A stretch of DNA of 64,000 bases, taken from NCBI GenBank assembly GCA_965277805.1, contig OZ255842.1, forward strand, positions 1,312,001-1,376,000. Reading direction: 5' to 3'. This stretch comes from Candidatus Lustribacter sp. (GTDB taxonomy: Bacteria; Vulcanimicrobiota; Vulcanimicrobiia; Vulcanimicrobiales; Vulcanimicrobiaceae). The position numbers and the translations under genes were made by a program. The notes beneath the pieces were generated by a model. It saw only the letters and a list, made by a program, of their open reading frames with translations, ran no database searches and was not told the DNA's origin. Shown here one piece after another: positions 22,260 to 31,518 of the stretch (position 1 is its first letter; the number at the start of each line of letters is the position of its first letter).

Positions 22260-22757
22260 CTAAACTCGCGAGGTGGAAGGAGCTGGCCGCTTGCGATCGC
22301 GATACCATTTTTCGCTCTTCCCGTCGACAGCGCTTTGCAGTTCTCGGTATGCCGATCCAAGCTGGACTGCATTCGGCAATCCTAGAAGCGTAAACAGTCT
22401 GAGTGCGTACGGTGGGTGGATCCAGCCATCCCCATTGCATGCGTCTCGCACAGCTCTAGCGTTGCCCTGTGTAAGTTCCGGCGTGATGCGAGCGTCCAAC
22501 TCATCATCGCGCTGGCCCGCGATTTCCATTCCGACGTTCAGAAGAACGGCGAAACCTCTTCGAAAAAATTCGTCGGCCTCTGCTACTGCCGCTCCGAATT
22601 CTGGATCGTCACGTACTGATTTCACGGCGATGCCCCTCGCAACTGGTGCAGGACATGCCCTTAGCGATAACGCGTATAAATCCTCATCAGCCGACGACGA
22701 GGCGTCGATTCGTAGTCTGATCTGTACGGCAGCGCGGAACCGAATCGCAAGGTTCAT
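22260..22757 (-). CDS. Hypothetical protein (islet cargo)
   Basis: 165-aa ORF with globular composition and no recognised motif. Confidence 0.5.
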   Translation of the reverse strand: MNLAIRFRAAVQIRLRIDASSSADEDLYALSLRACPAPVARGIAVKSVRDDPEFGAAVAEADEFFRRGFAVLLNVGMEIAGQRDDELDARITPELTQGNARAVRDACNGDGWIHPPYALRLFTLLGLPNAVQLGSAYRELQSAVDGKSEKWYRDRKRPAPSTSRV

Positions 22758-23069
22758 CCGCCCGGTATTAGCCCTGGAGTATAACCAGCCAGGGAAGACC
22801 CGTATCGGGCGATCGCAACCTCCGCGTGCCGACGTCAGAGATTAGGCCGATTCGGACAGTTGCAAAAGAAGACCGCGTGCCAACCGATCGCGCCATCCCC
22901 GTCGCGTGGGTGCTAGTGTATGACGTTCATGACGCGGTGAGGGCGCTGCGTAGGTTGGCGAGCGGGGTCCTCAGAGGGGGTCATCGTGACAGACCACCCT
23001 TTGGGGTTCCAAATCGTAGCTGCAATTCGGTAAAGCTAGCGGCCGCAGTGTGGTCGGCGATTGTTGATA

Positions 23070-23738
23070 TTATTCCGGCGAGCTCCAGCGCAGGTCTGTG
23101 CATCCCTCCGCTAGTGCCTGCTCTACGACGCGCTCAGTAAGTAGCCGCTTCGAAGACAAATTCTTTCCGTAAGAGGCGATCACTGGAGATCTTTCGCGTG
23201 CCCTCTGCTTCGCCGTAGACTCGCTAAAGGCCATTACGATCACCGCGTCATCCCAGGTTACACGTTTACCGACTTTGTACGCGTATGGCGGCAAGGCGGA
23301 GGCTATTCGTGCCAAGGTAGCTTCGTCGATTGGTGAACGCCACGCGCAGGCACGAATCAGTTCATCCCATTGGTGACTAACCGTTTCGCGGTACATATTC
23401 AGCTCGGCACGTTCTCTGATATAGTATTGCTCTGCAAGTGCGAGGTTGTCCGGCCGAAGGAAGTAGTGCGTATCGAATTCATTGTCCGATACAAGCTCTA
23501 AAATCTCAACATGGAACGCACTCTCGCCGTCTACGCTGTAACGCGCAAACAATAGCGCGTCTCCGCTCTCTGGCAAACCCGCGCGCATTTTTCGAAAATG
23601 ATCGCGCAGCCGGCGCCCTATGTCTTTCGCCTCACCGACATATCGCTGCCCCGTGTCGGTATGCACAATGGCATATATGCCACTCTGGTCGATGAATTCG
23701 AGAGCTTGCTCCATCAGGCTGCGCTGCTCCATACTCAC
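23070..23738 (-). CDS. GIY-YIG nuclease family protein
   Basis: SGIYAI...RYVGEA...RRLRDHF...LAEQYYI...LN: GIY, YVG, catalytic Arg, Glu and Asn all present. Confidence 0.85.
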   Translation of the reverse strand: MSMEQRSLMEQALEFIDQSGIYAIVHTDTGQRYVGEAKDIGRRLRDHFRKMRAGLPESGDALLFARYSVDGESAFHVEILELVSDNEFDTHYFLRPDNLALAEQYYIRERAELNMYRETVSHQWDELIRACAWRSPIDEATLARIASALPPYAYKVGKRVTWDDAVIVMAFSESTAKQRARERSPVIASYGKNLSSKRLLTERVVEQALAEGCTDLRWSSPE

Positions 23739-24208
23739 TTTTAGTCCTCACGGGATGGAGAGACGCTGCAGTATTGGGTCCGCAATCTGCCCAAGACTTC
23801 GAGGCAGAGATCGCGCAGGAGCTAACCGTTAATCGTAAGGACGCCCCGCAAGGCACGAAATCGCCGCTTGAGGCGCGAAGCGTCTGGGATGCCCGCAGCC
23901 TAACACCGTCATCCAGAACCGATTCGAAATGCTCCTTGCTCGGGTCGTTCGCTGCTCCTTGGTAACGCGAATACTTTCGTCGAGCCCGACGTTCCGGGCA
24001 CCACGCGACAACGGTCCGGTACACTGAGCCTTGACGACCTCGGGCCGCCGTTACCCCGCGACTCGGATCATATGGTTCCCGCCGGCGGACGCAGATAACG
24101 CGCTTCCGAAGACCTGACGGACTTGTCAGACGACGAAGCGCTAGACATTGTGGCGGGTCTCAAGCCCTCCGAGAGGGGCAAGACGCCACGGAGTAAGGGT
24201 TATTTGAA

Positions 24209-24291
24209 TGGGGAAGGTGGGACTCGAACCCACATGAGCTCTCACTCGGCTGCTTTTGAGGCAGCTGCGTCTACCATTTCGCCACTTCCCC
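24209..24291 (-). tRNA. tRNA-Leu (CAA)
   Basis: GGGGAAG/CTTCCCC acceptor stem, GCTGC-CTCAAAA-GCAGC anticodon arm, long variable arm, GGTTCGAGTCC T-arm; CCA not encoded. Confidence 0.96.
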
Positions 24292-24336
24292 GGGCGCCTT
24301 GGGCGGTTCGCGGCTGACCGCTCGCACTCTTCTCGA

Positions 24337-25647
24337 TCAAACCATCGCGGTTTCGTGGCGTTCGACGACCTGGCGCACGATCTCCGCGTTCGGAACGCCA
24401 TCCGGCGCGACGACATCGAACGACAGCAACTCGCCGAACCGGTTCTGCGTGGCGTCGCGGACCAGGCCGATCGGTTCACGACCGGCCTTCAAGTCGTCGA
24501 TCGCTTTCAGCATCAAACGCCGAGCGGCGGCGATCGCGATGTCGCTCGTGGCGAGATGTTCCTTGGTGCGATTTTGGATGCGGCCGGGCGTTTCGGTTGC
24601 AAACGCGTCGTGCGTGTTGAAGTTAGTGCCCATCCCGGTGAAGTTTTCGTTCATCTTCGTGCGGTCTTGCATGAAGCGATTCGCTTGCGAGCGCGTGATG
24701 TGGTACTCATCGGAATACTCGCCCGGTTTGCGGAGGTGGTTGGGCAGACGGTGATCGTCGCTCAACGGTTGATCGCGGCGGACGAAGAAATTCCAGCGCC
24801 AGTGCGTTTGGTCGTCGATCGGCACGTGGAAGTGTCCGATTTGCCCGTCGCCGCCTTGCGGGCCCGCGATGACGGAGAAGTTCGGCATCCCGAAGTAGGT
24901 CACGCGCAAGTACTTGCGTCCCAGGCCCGCCGTGCGGTTCTGAAAGATGCGCACGCCGAACGCGGTGTCTTCCACTTCCAGGCGCGCGGGTTCGGCCGGA
25001 TTGATGTCGGCGAGCACCACGTCATCTTTCGCCATGCCCACCACGCGCAGCGCGCCGAAATTGAGTCCGGGACGACGGTTGGGATCGAATGATTTGTGCA
25101 AGAACCCCACGTGCGAGGGATCGTAGTTGCCCTCGTTCGCTTGCAAGTAGTTGCAGTCGATGAAGAGCTTGTGCACGTGGATGTTCGGTTCGGGATACGT
25201 GAAAAAATCGTAGTTCGGAAATACGGGCGGCTCGCCCGGGCCCATGTAGCAGAAGAACGCACCGGCACGTTCGACGACCGGATAGGATGTCTGGCGAATT
25301 TTGTCTTTGAACGTGCTCTCTTTCGGCTCTGCCGGCTGTTCGAGACATTTCCCGGTGACGTCGTAGAGCCAGCCGTGATAGAGACAACGCAGCCCGCCGT
25401 CTTCGAGCCGGCCGAACGAGAGATCGGTGCCGCGGTGACAGCAATGACGATCGAGCAAGCCGACGCGATGCTGCTGATCGCGGAAGAGCACGAGCTCTTC
25501 GCCGAGGATATCGACCGGCACCGGTGCGCCGCCGGCCGGCAATTCGCTTGAAAGCGCGATCGGCTGCCAGTACCGGCGCAAGAGTTCGCCGCCGGCGGTT
25601 CCCGGGTTGGTGCGCGTGAGCGCGTCGTTCTGTTCCTGCGTCAACAT
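24337..25647 (-). CDS. Rieske non-heme iron oxygenase (phthalate 4,5-dioxygenase/LigX-like)
   Basis: CCHRG...CLYHGW Rieske motif, EGNYDPSHVGFLH mononuclear-iron motif, EHLATSDIAI; GGAGG before ATG 25647. Confidence 0.92.
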   Translation of the reverse strand: MLTQEQNDALTRTNPGTAGGELLRRYWQPIALSSELPAGGAPVPVDILGEELVLFRDQQHRVGLLDRHCCHRGTDLSFGRLEDGGLRCLYHGWLYDVTGKCLEQPAEPKESTFKDKIRQTSYPVVERAGAFFCYMGPGEPPVFPNYDFFTYPEPNIHVHKLFIDCNYLQANEGNYDPSHVGFLHKSFDPNRRPGLNFGALRVVGMAKDDVVLADINPAEPARLEVEDTAFGVRIFQNRTAGLGRKYLRVTYFGMPNFSVIAGPQGGDGQIGHFHVPIDDQTHWRWNFFVRRDQPLSDDHRLPNHLRKPGEYSDEYHITRSQANRFMQDRTKMNENFTGMGTNFNTHDAFATETPGRIQNRTKEHLATSDIAIAAARRLMLKAIDDLKAGREPIGLVRDATQNRFGELLSFDVVAPDGVPNAEIVRQVVERHETAMV

Positions 25648-25715
25648 CGCTGCGATCCTCCGGCGGCTACGGGTAACGTGCTTATTGTTGCATGATTGAA
25701 CGACCTTCGCTGCGA

Positions 25716-28700
25716 TCACGCCGGCGCCGGATGCGCGGCTAACCACTGCCGTTCGGCCGTCGCTAAGGCTTGGGCGGCGGAAAGCCCGAGCGTGCGGGCG
25801 AGCGCGTAGGTGGTGCGGAGGGTACCCGATGATGCGACCAGCGCGAGCGTGCCGTTGCTGCCGTAGCGCGTCCAGGTCGCCTGCGCGACGGCTGCCGGCG
25901 CCCAACTCACGACGATCGTTTCGCGCGGAGTCCAGGCCATGAATGCCGGACTCGTCGTCACCGTTGCTGTTGCGGGAGCCTGAAGCGCCGATAGCGTGAC
26001 CGCACGCTGATCCGGTGCGGTCCCTTCGAAGCTCACGCGTTCGTCGACGATGAGTCGCGTCGCGCCGGCGGCGAGCCGCACGGTTTTCTCGAAGCGCGCA
26101 CCGCCGCCGAGGTCCGGCGCGTCGTAGGTGAAGCGTACGACGGCTTCCGCGCCCGTGGCGCGCACGATCTGCGTGCGATACGCGCGATTGAAGGTACCGG
26201 CGGGATAGGTGTGCGTGTACTTTGCGATGCGATCGGTCGTCGAAGGCGGCGGCGGCAGCAGCACGTCGTCGCGTAACGCACCGGTCGCGTTGACCGCGTT
26301 GTACGGCAACGCACTGCGCGCGGCGAAGACGATGAGCCGTGCGCCGCCGCCGGGAGCGAAGATCGCCACGATGCGATCGTTCGCGAGCGTCACCGTCCGG
26401 TCGCCGCTGCCGAATGCCGAACCCACGATGACACGCGCGACGCCGGGCACGACGGACGGCAGCGCCACGTGCACGGTTTGGCGCGCGTTGAGCGCCACCG
26501 AAGGTTCGTTCGCGCGCGCCGGGTTCGGACCGCGCATGGGCAGCGTGCCCGTTGCCGGCGGCGCGCTGCCGCCGAGCACGATCAGACGCGCGTCGCGCGG
26601 CGCCACGGTAAACGGCGGCACGTCGAAGGAACCGATGCCGGTCCACGTGACGCCGCCGAAGCGGCGGGGCGAGTTCGACCAGTTTGCCGCGACCCCGAAG
26701 GTGGCGTCGGGTCCGGCTAACACGGCGATGCCGCTGCCGAGTTGGTTCGGTACTTGCGCGCGAATCGCGATCCGCAGTTGCGCCAGGCTCCGTAGCCGCG
26801 CCGCGATTGCGGGCAGCGGCGGACGAACGAACGGCGGGACCACGATCGTGCGATATCGCCGCAGGCGCGCATCGCTCGAGAAGCGCAAGTCGACGACGTC
26901 GCAGGTGAGGCCGCGCGTGTTGCACGTGCGCAGCGCCGCCTTCAATTCGGCCGCGATCGCGCCGATGTCGTCGTTGGAAAGCGCCGCCGGATCGGACGCG
27001 CTGACTTCGTCGGCGATCGCGATCGTTGCGACCCGATGCGTCGCGGCCAGCAACGCACCGTATCGCCGGACCTCGTCACCGAAACGTTGGGTCGGTGCCC
27101 AGCGGGCCGGACGGCTGCGCAGCAACGCGTCGGGGTCGCGCGGAATCGCTGCGTCCCAACTGTAGAAGGCATTGGAGAACGGCGCTTCCCAGCCGAACGG
27201 CGCGAGCGTGTCTTGCAGCGGAAAGTCGACCACGCCGTGCACGCCCCAGCTCAGCATTTCGGCCAGTGCCAGCGTGGTGTTCGACGGATCGGCCGGACGC
27301 GGCAGCGGATCTTCGGGCGAGGCGAGCCAGCCGGCTTGAAACTCGCTCGACGCCGGGGGCACGCGTTCTTGCGTCGTCAACGTCGCCGTTGCGAAATCGA
27401 GTTCGACGCGATCGTGATCGCCGATCGAGTAGGCGTCGCTCTGGTACCAGTTGCCCATCGCCCACACGGGCGACGCCGCCGGCACTTTCATATCGTAGGT
27501 GTTGATGAACGTCGGCACGACGGGGCCTGTCACGCTGCGCACCTGCGTATCGAGCCAATGCAGATATGCTTGAAAATGCGGCGCGGGCCAGGTCTGATTG
27601 TCGATGTAGGCGCCCTGATCGTCGTCCAGCGCCACCGCGATCACGAGATCCGCGTACGGCACGAACTCCGCCAGCGCGTGATGCAGCCAGCGCGCCGCAT
27701 AATAGCGATGGGTTGCGTTGCGCATCCACTCTGCGGCTGCATCGTCGCTGTGCGCGTTTTGCAGCGTGGCGGTGGCGGGATAGCGCCCTTCGAGGATGTC
27801 GTGCAGCGGCATCCCGTACGCGGGCCGGCGCAGGAGCCACGCCGGATAGCCGCCGTTACGCCACTCGTTGCGAATCACGGGGCCCGGCCGCACGATCAGG
27901 TGAAAGTGCAGCTCGCGCGCCAACTGCAGCACCCGGCGCAGATTGCGGCGCGGGTTCGTATGGCCGTCGAAGTCGAATTTGCCGTCGGATGTTTCGTGCC
28001 AGTTCCACGGCACGTAGAGGTCGAGGGTGTTGGCGCCGGCGGCGCGCATGGCGACCATCGAGTCGCGCCAGCGTTCGGGCGGAATGCGTTCGTAGAAGAA
28101 CGCGCCGCCGAAAAAGAAGAACGGCTTGCCATCGACGAGCAGCTGCGGCGTGCCGTCGCGCTGCACGACGCGCGCGTGCGTGAACGTCGCCGCTTCGGCG
28201 CCGCGCGGTACGGTCGCGAACGCCAGAAGCAGCAGCGCGGCGGCGATCGCGAAGGGCCAGGTCGCTCGCACGCGCGCGCGGATCAGAAAGATCACTGCGC
28301 CCGCGGCCAGCGTCGCGGTGCCGAAGGCCATCGCGATTAGCCCCGAGCTCCAGAAGAGAAAGAACCAGGCGGCGAGCGCGACGATGACCGGCAACGGGTA
28401 GAGCGGCAGACGATATGGCGCCGGCTCGGCGCGCATGCGCAGCACCATAACCGCGAGGTTCCCGCCGACGCCCTGTACCAGCACGAGCCCGGCCGTGAGC
28501 GCGTTGATCACCGCGTCCAGCGGAAAGAGCGTGGCCGGCAACGCCAAGAGCCCCAGCGCGAGCAGCGAGATGTGCGGAAAGCGTTTCGTCGCGTGCAGCC
28601 GCGCGAAGGGCGCCAGGAAATCGCCGTCGCAGGCGGCGGCGTACGGCACGCGCGAGGCGCCGAGCAAACCGCCGTATACTGAAGCAAAGCAGGTGACGAG

Positions 28701-29558
28701 GATCGTTACCGTGATGACGACGGCGGCCGCATGTCCGGCAGTTCGCTCCACAGCTTGCGAGGCGACGAAGGTCGAGTGTGCGACCTCGCTGAGCGAGAGC
28801 GCGGAGAAGACGCCGAGGTTCAGCGCGACATAGGCCACTCCGGTGATGAGGATCGAGATGACGACGGCGAGCGGAATCGTGCGGACCGGCGCGATGACTT
28901 CGTCGCCGATTTGCGGCACGCTCTGGTATCCGGCATAGTCGTAGAGGGTGTAGACCATCGCGGCACCGAGCGCAACGACGTTCAGACCGCGCAGCGAAAA
29001 GGCCGGCGCGAGCAGCGCTCCCACCGGTTGCGTGGGGTGGAAGAACCCGCACGCGGCGATTGCAACCAACGTGAGTACGGCGATCGCGCTGAGCGCGAGC
29101 GCGGTGCGGGCGATGTGCGGAATCTTCTGGTAAAGCGCCCAGAGCGTGACGACGCCGACGCCGAGCGCGACGGCGTGCGCGGCGATGGGCTGGGCCAACA
29201 CGGGAACGAGATAGGCCGCGTACTGCGCGAAGCCGATGTATCCGCTCGCGATCGACAGCGGCAGCGCGAAGAGGTACTGCCAGACGAATATGAAGGCGAC
29301 GATGCGTCCCGGTCCGTGCGCGCCGAAGGCTTCGCGCAGATAGGCGTAGGTGCCGCCGCTACGCGGAAAGCGCGACGCGAGCTCGGCATAGCACAAGCCG
29401 TCGCACAGCGCCACGAGGGCGCCGGCGATCCACGGCCAGATCGTGATCGAGCCGTGCATCGCCGCGACGACGAGCGGGATCGTGATCAGCGGTCCCGCGC
29501 CGACGATCGTCGCGACGTTGATCGCGACGGCGCTGCGCAGCCCGACCCCGCGGATCAA
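25716..29558 (-). CDS. APC amino-acid permease fused to a GH35/GH42-like glycoside hydrolase
   Basis: Residues 1-~430 are an APC permease (IVGAGP, YAELASRFPRSGGTYAYL, YAGY). Then a signal-like helix, then GH35 motifs YVPWNWHE, RPGPVIRNEWRNGGYPAWL, SEFQAGW. Confidence 0.88.
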   Translation of the reverse strand: MIRGVGLRSAVAINVATIVGAGPLITIPLVVAAMHGSITIWPWIAGALVALCDGLCYAELASRFPRSGGTYAYLREAFGAHGPGRIVAFIFVWQYLFALPLSIASGYIGFAQYAAYLVPVLAQPIAAHAVALGVGVVTLWALYQKIPHIARTALALSAIAVLTLVAIAACGFFHPTQPVGALLAPAFSLRGLNVVALGAAMVYTLYDYAGYQSVPQIGDEVIAPVRTIPLAVVISILITGVAYVALNLGVFSALSLSEVAHSTFVASQAVERTAGHAAAVVITVTILVTCFASVYGGLLGASRVPYAAACDGDFLAPFARLHATKRFPHISLLALGLLALPATLFPLDAVINALTAGLVLVQGVGGNLAVMVLRMRAEPAPYRLPLYPLPVIVALAAWFFLFWSSGLIAMAFGTATLAAGAVIFLIRARVRATWPFAIAAALLLLAFATVPRGAEAATFTHARVVQRDGTPQLLVDGKPFFFFGGAFFYERIPPERWRDSMVAMRAAGANTLDLYVPWNWHETSDGKFDFDGHTNPRRNLRRVLQLARELHFHLIVRPGPVIRNEWRNGGYPAWLLRRPAYGMPLHDILEGRYPATATLQNAHSDDAAAEWMRNATHRYYAARWLHHALAEFVPYADLVIAVALDDDQGAYIDNQTWPAPHFQAYLHWLDTQVRSVTGPVVPTFINTYDMKVPAASPVWAMGNWYQSDAYSIGDHDRVELDFATATLTTQERVPPASSEFQAGWLASPEDPLPRPADPSNTTLALAEMLSWGVHGVVDFPLQDTLAPFGWEAPFSNAFYSWDAAIPRDPDALLRSRPARWAPTQRFGDEVRRYGALLAATHRVATIAIADEVSASDPAALSNDDIGAIAAELKAALRTCNTRGLTCDVVDLRFSSDARLRRYRTIVVPPFVRPPLPAIAARLRSLAQLRIAIRAQVPNQLGSGIAVLAGPDATFGVAANWSNSPRRFGGVTWTGIGSFDVPPFTVAPRDARLIVLGGSAPPATGTLPMRGPNPARANEPSVALNARQTVHVALPSVVPGVARVIVGSAFGSGDRTVTLANDRIVAIFAPGGGARLIVFAARSALPYNAVNATGALRDDVLLPPPPSTTDRIAKYTHTYPAGTFNRAYRTQIVRATGAEAVVRFTYDAPDLGGGARFEKTVRLAAGATRLIVDERVSFEGTAPDQRAVTLSALQAPATATVTTSPAFMAWTPRETIVVSWAPAAVAQATWTRYGSNGTLALVASSGTLRTTYALARTLGLSAAQALATAERQWLAAHPAPA

Positions 29559-31465
29559 GCGGTCAATCCGAACACGTCACGATAGAATTGCAGCTCGCGC
29601 TCGAGCACCCGTACGATCGTCTCGGCCTTACGGAAGCCGTGGCCTTCGCCTTCGAACGCTTCGTAGACGACCGGCACGTTGCGCGCGATCAACGCGTCGC
29701 GCATCGCGGTCGCTTGATTGGGCGGCACGACGCGATCGTCCAGGCCCTGGAAGAGCAGCACCGGCACGTCGATCGTCGCCACGTGGTTCACCGGGGAGCG
29801 CTCGCGATAGCGCTCGAGCGTTTGCGGCAACGGGCCGACCAACCCGTCGGTGTAACGCGCTTCGAACTTGTGCGTGTCGGCGGCCAGCGCTTCGAGCTCC
29901 ATCACGCCGTACAGGCTGACCGCGGCCGCGAAGACGTCCGATGTGGCGACGGCGAGCAGCGCGGTCATGCCGCTGGCGCTGCCGCCGCGAATCGCGATTT
30001 GCGCGGGATTACAGCGGCCGCTCTCTGCCAGCGAGCGTGCCACGTTGATGCAGTCGCGGACGTCGATCTCGCCCCATGCGCCGGCGAGCCGTCCGCGGTA
30101 GGTGCGTCCGAAGCCCGAGGAGCCGCGGTAATTGACGTGCGCGACCGCAAAGCCGCGCGAGGTGTAAAATTGAATCCCAATGTTGAACGCGTTGGTGTGC
30201 ATCGAGGTCGGCCCGCCGTGGCTCATCACGATCAGCGGGGGCCGCTCGCCCGCCGGACCTGCGTAGCGCGCGTTTCGTGGCGGATAGAAGAACGCGTGCA
30301 CGTCTTCCCCGTCATCGGAGCGAACCGTCAGCGCTTCGCCGATGCTCACGCCGTCAGCCTCGAGAACTTGCGCGCTCGCCGCACGCACGACGGTGTGCGA
30401 CGGATCGCCGATCTTCGGCGCGTAGCACACGGCGGCCGGCGCGTCCGGCGGTGCCGCGAGATAGACCGCGCCGTCGCGAAAGGGCAGCGGCGTGGTGTCG
30501 ACGGGGCCGTACGGCAATTCGCGCACGGTTCCGGACGCGATCAAACCGGGGTGCACGCTCCCGTCGCGCACGTAGGCGCATAGCACGCGCGCATCGTCGA
30601 GCGGCGCGATCATCGCGCGGCCGAACACCCACGGCGGTTCGGCAAACTCCGCCGCCAGCGGCGCGAGCGCGTCGATGCGGTCGCCGTGCAGCGCGTAGAC
30701 ATTCCACCAGTTCGTGCGGTCGGAGGTGAAGAGCAGCGTTCCGTCCGGCGTCCACGCCGCGGCCACGATCGCTTCGCCGCCGCCTTCACCCGCGACGCAG
30801 CGCGTTTCGCTCGAGCTGCCGTCCCGCGCCACGCGGGCGACGTAGAGCCGCGTCGCATCCCACGGCATGCCGGGGTGATTCCAGGCGATCCAGGCCAGCT
30901 TCGTTCCGTCGGGCGAGAGCTGCGGCGCGAGCACGAAGTCGGTTCCGCCGGCGACGATGGTACCCGCGTTCGCTGCGGCTTCGACACCGCCGGCCATCGA
31001 GAAGACGACGATTGCGTTGTCGGGCGCGGTCGGCGGACGGTCGCGGTGATCTTCGCGCACCGCGTAGACCCGTTCGCTCGCGACGTCGATCGCGAACCCG
31101 GCGTAGCGGCAGCCCGGCACCGCGATCAGGGCCCGCGGCTTGCGCCCGGCCTCGGCGAGCCACACGCTGCCGTCACTGCGCTCCGAGTACACGACCCGGC
31201 CGTCGCGCACGGCGTATGCTCCGCCGCCGTACTCGTGCACGCGATCGCCCACGTCGGCGGACGGGGGCAGCACGTCGTGGGGCGGATGGCCGGGTGACCA
31301 GCGCACGAGCGCTCGGCGGCCTCGCTCCGCCGGACGCAGCTCGAGCCAGGTCACGGTGTCGCCGTCGACGGCGAGTTCCGAGAACGCGAGGGTCGCACCG
31401 GAGACCAGCTGCGGGGTCACCGTTGAGTCCCACATCCCGAAGCGCGCGACGGTCGTACCTTCCAT
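29555..31465 (-). CDS. S9 family (prolyl oligopeptidase/acylaminoacyl) peptidase
   Basis: HGGPT, NYRGSSGFG, GGSASG nucleophile, DDRVV, GEGHGFR; start ATG 31465. Confidence 0.93.
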   Translation of the reverse strand: MEGTTVARFGMWDSTVTPQLVSGATLAFSELAVDGDTVTWLELRPAERGRRALVRWSPGHPPHDVLPPSADVGDRVHEYGGGAYAVRDGRVVYSERSDGSVWLAEAGRKPRALIAVPGCRYAGFAIDVASERVYAVREDHRDRPPTAPDNAIVVFSMAGGVEAAANAGTIVAGGTDFVLAPQLSPDGTKLAWIAWNHPGMPWDATRLYVARVARDGSSSETRCVAGEGGGEAIVAAAWTPDGTLLFTSDRTNWWNVYALHGDRIDALAPLAAEFAEPPWVFGRAMIAPLDDARVLCAYVRDGSVHPGLIASGTVRELPYGPVDTTPLPFRDGAVYLAAPPDAPAAVCYAPKIGDPSHTVVRAASAQVLEADGVSIGEALTVRSDDGEDVHAFFYPPRNARYAGPAGERPPLIVMSHGGPTSMHTNAFNIGIQFYTSRGFAVAHVNYRGSSGFGRTYRGRLAGAWGEIDVRDCINVARSLAESGRCNPAQIAIRGGSASGMTALLAVATSDVFAAAVSLYGVMELEALAADTHKFEARYTDGLVGPLPQTLERYRERSPVNHVATIDVPVLLFQGLDDRVVPPNQATAMRDALIARNVPVVYEAFEGEGHGFRKAETIVRVLERELQFYRDVFGLTA

Positions 31466-31483
31466 GCGCCGGTCTTTGCCGGT

Positions 31484-31510
31484 GGAACTGCTCCGCTCCG
31501 CCTCGCGTTG
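31484..31510 (+). promoter_or_regulatory. ECF-sigma-type promoter GGAAC-N17-CGTT upstream of the M16 peptidase
   Basis: GGAAC 31484-31488 and CGTTG 31506-31510, 8 nt before the GTG start. Confidence 0.5.
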
Positions 31511-31518
31511 AGGCTGGT

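Larger units (their letters stand above)
21509..24229. mobile_element. Decayed tRNA-Leu-integrated islet (~2.7 kb), no intact integrase
   Basis: 21-bp att direct repeats, visibly lower GC, GIY-YIG gene and pseudogene fragments. Confidence 0.8.

Noticed and set aside
22826-23069. Short ORFs between the islet genes and at 23774-24024
   Set aside because: No motifs, conflicting frames and internal stops; cannot be supported as genes.
24099-24317. Plus-strand ORF reading into the tRNA antisense strand (possible recombinase C-terminus)
   Set aside because: Too short, stop codon at 24096, no diagnostic motif; at most a remnant.
25648-26925. Apparent 426-aa extension on the Rieske oxygenase
   Set aside because: Alternative frame overlapping the fusion gene; ribosome-binding site precedes ATG 25647.
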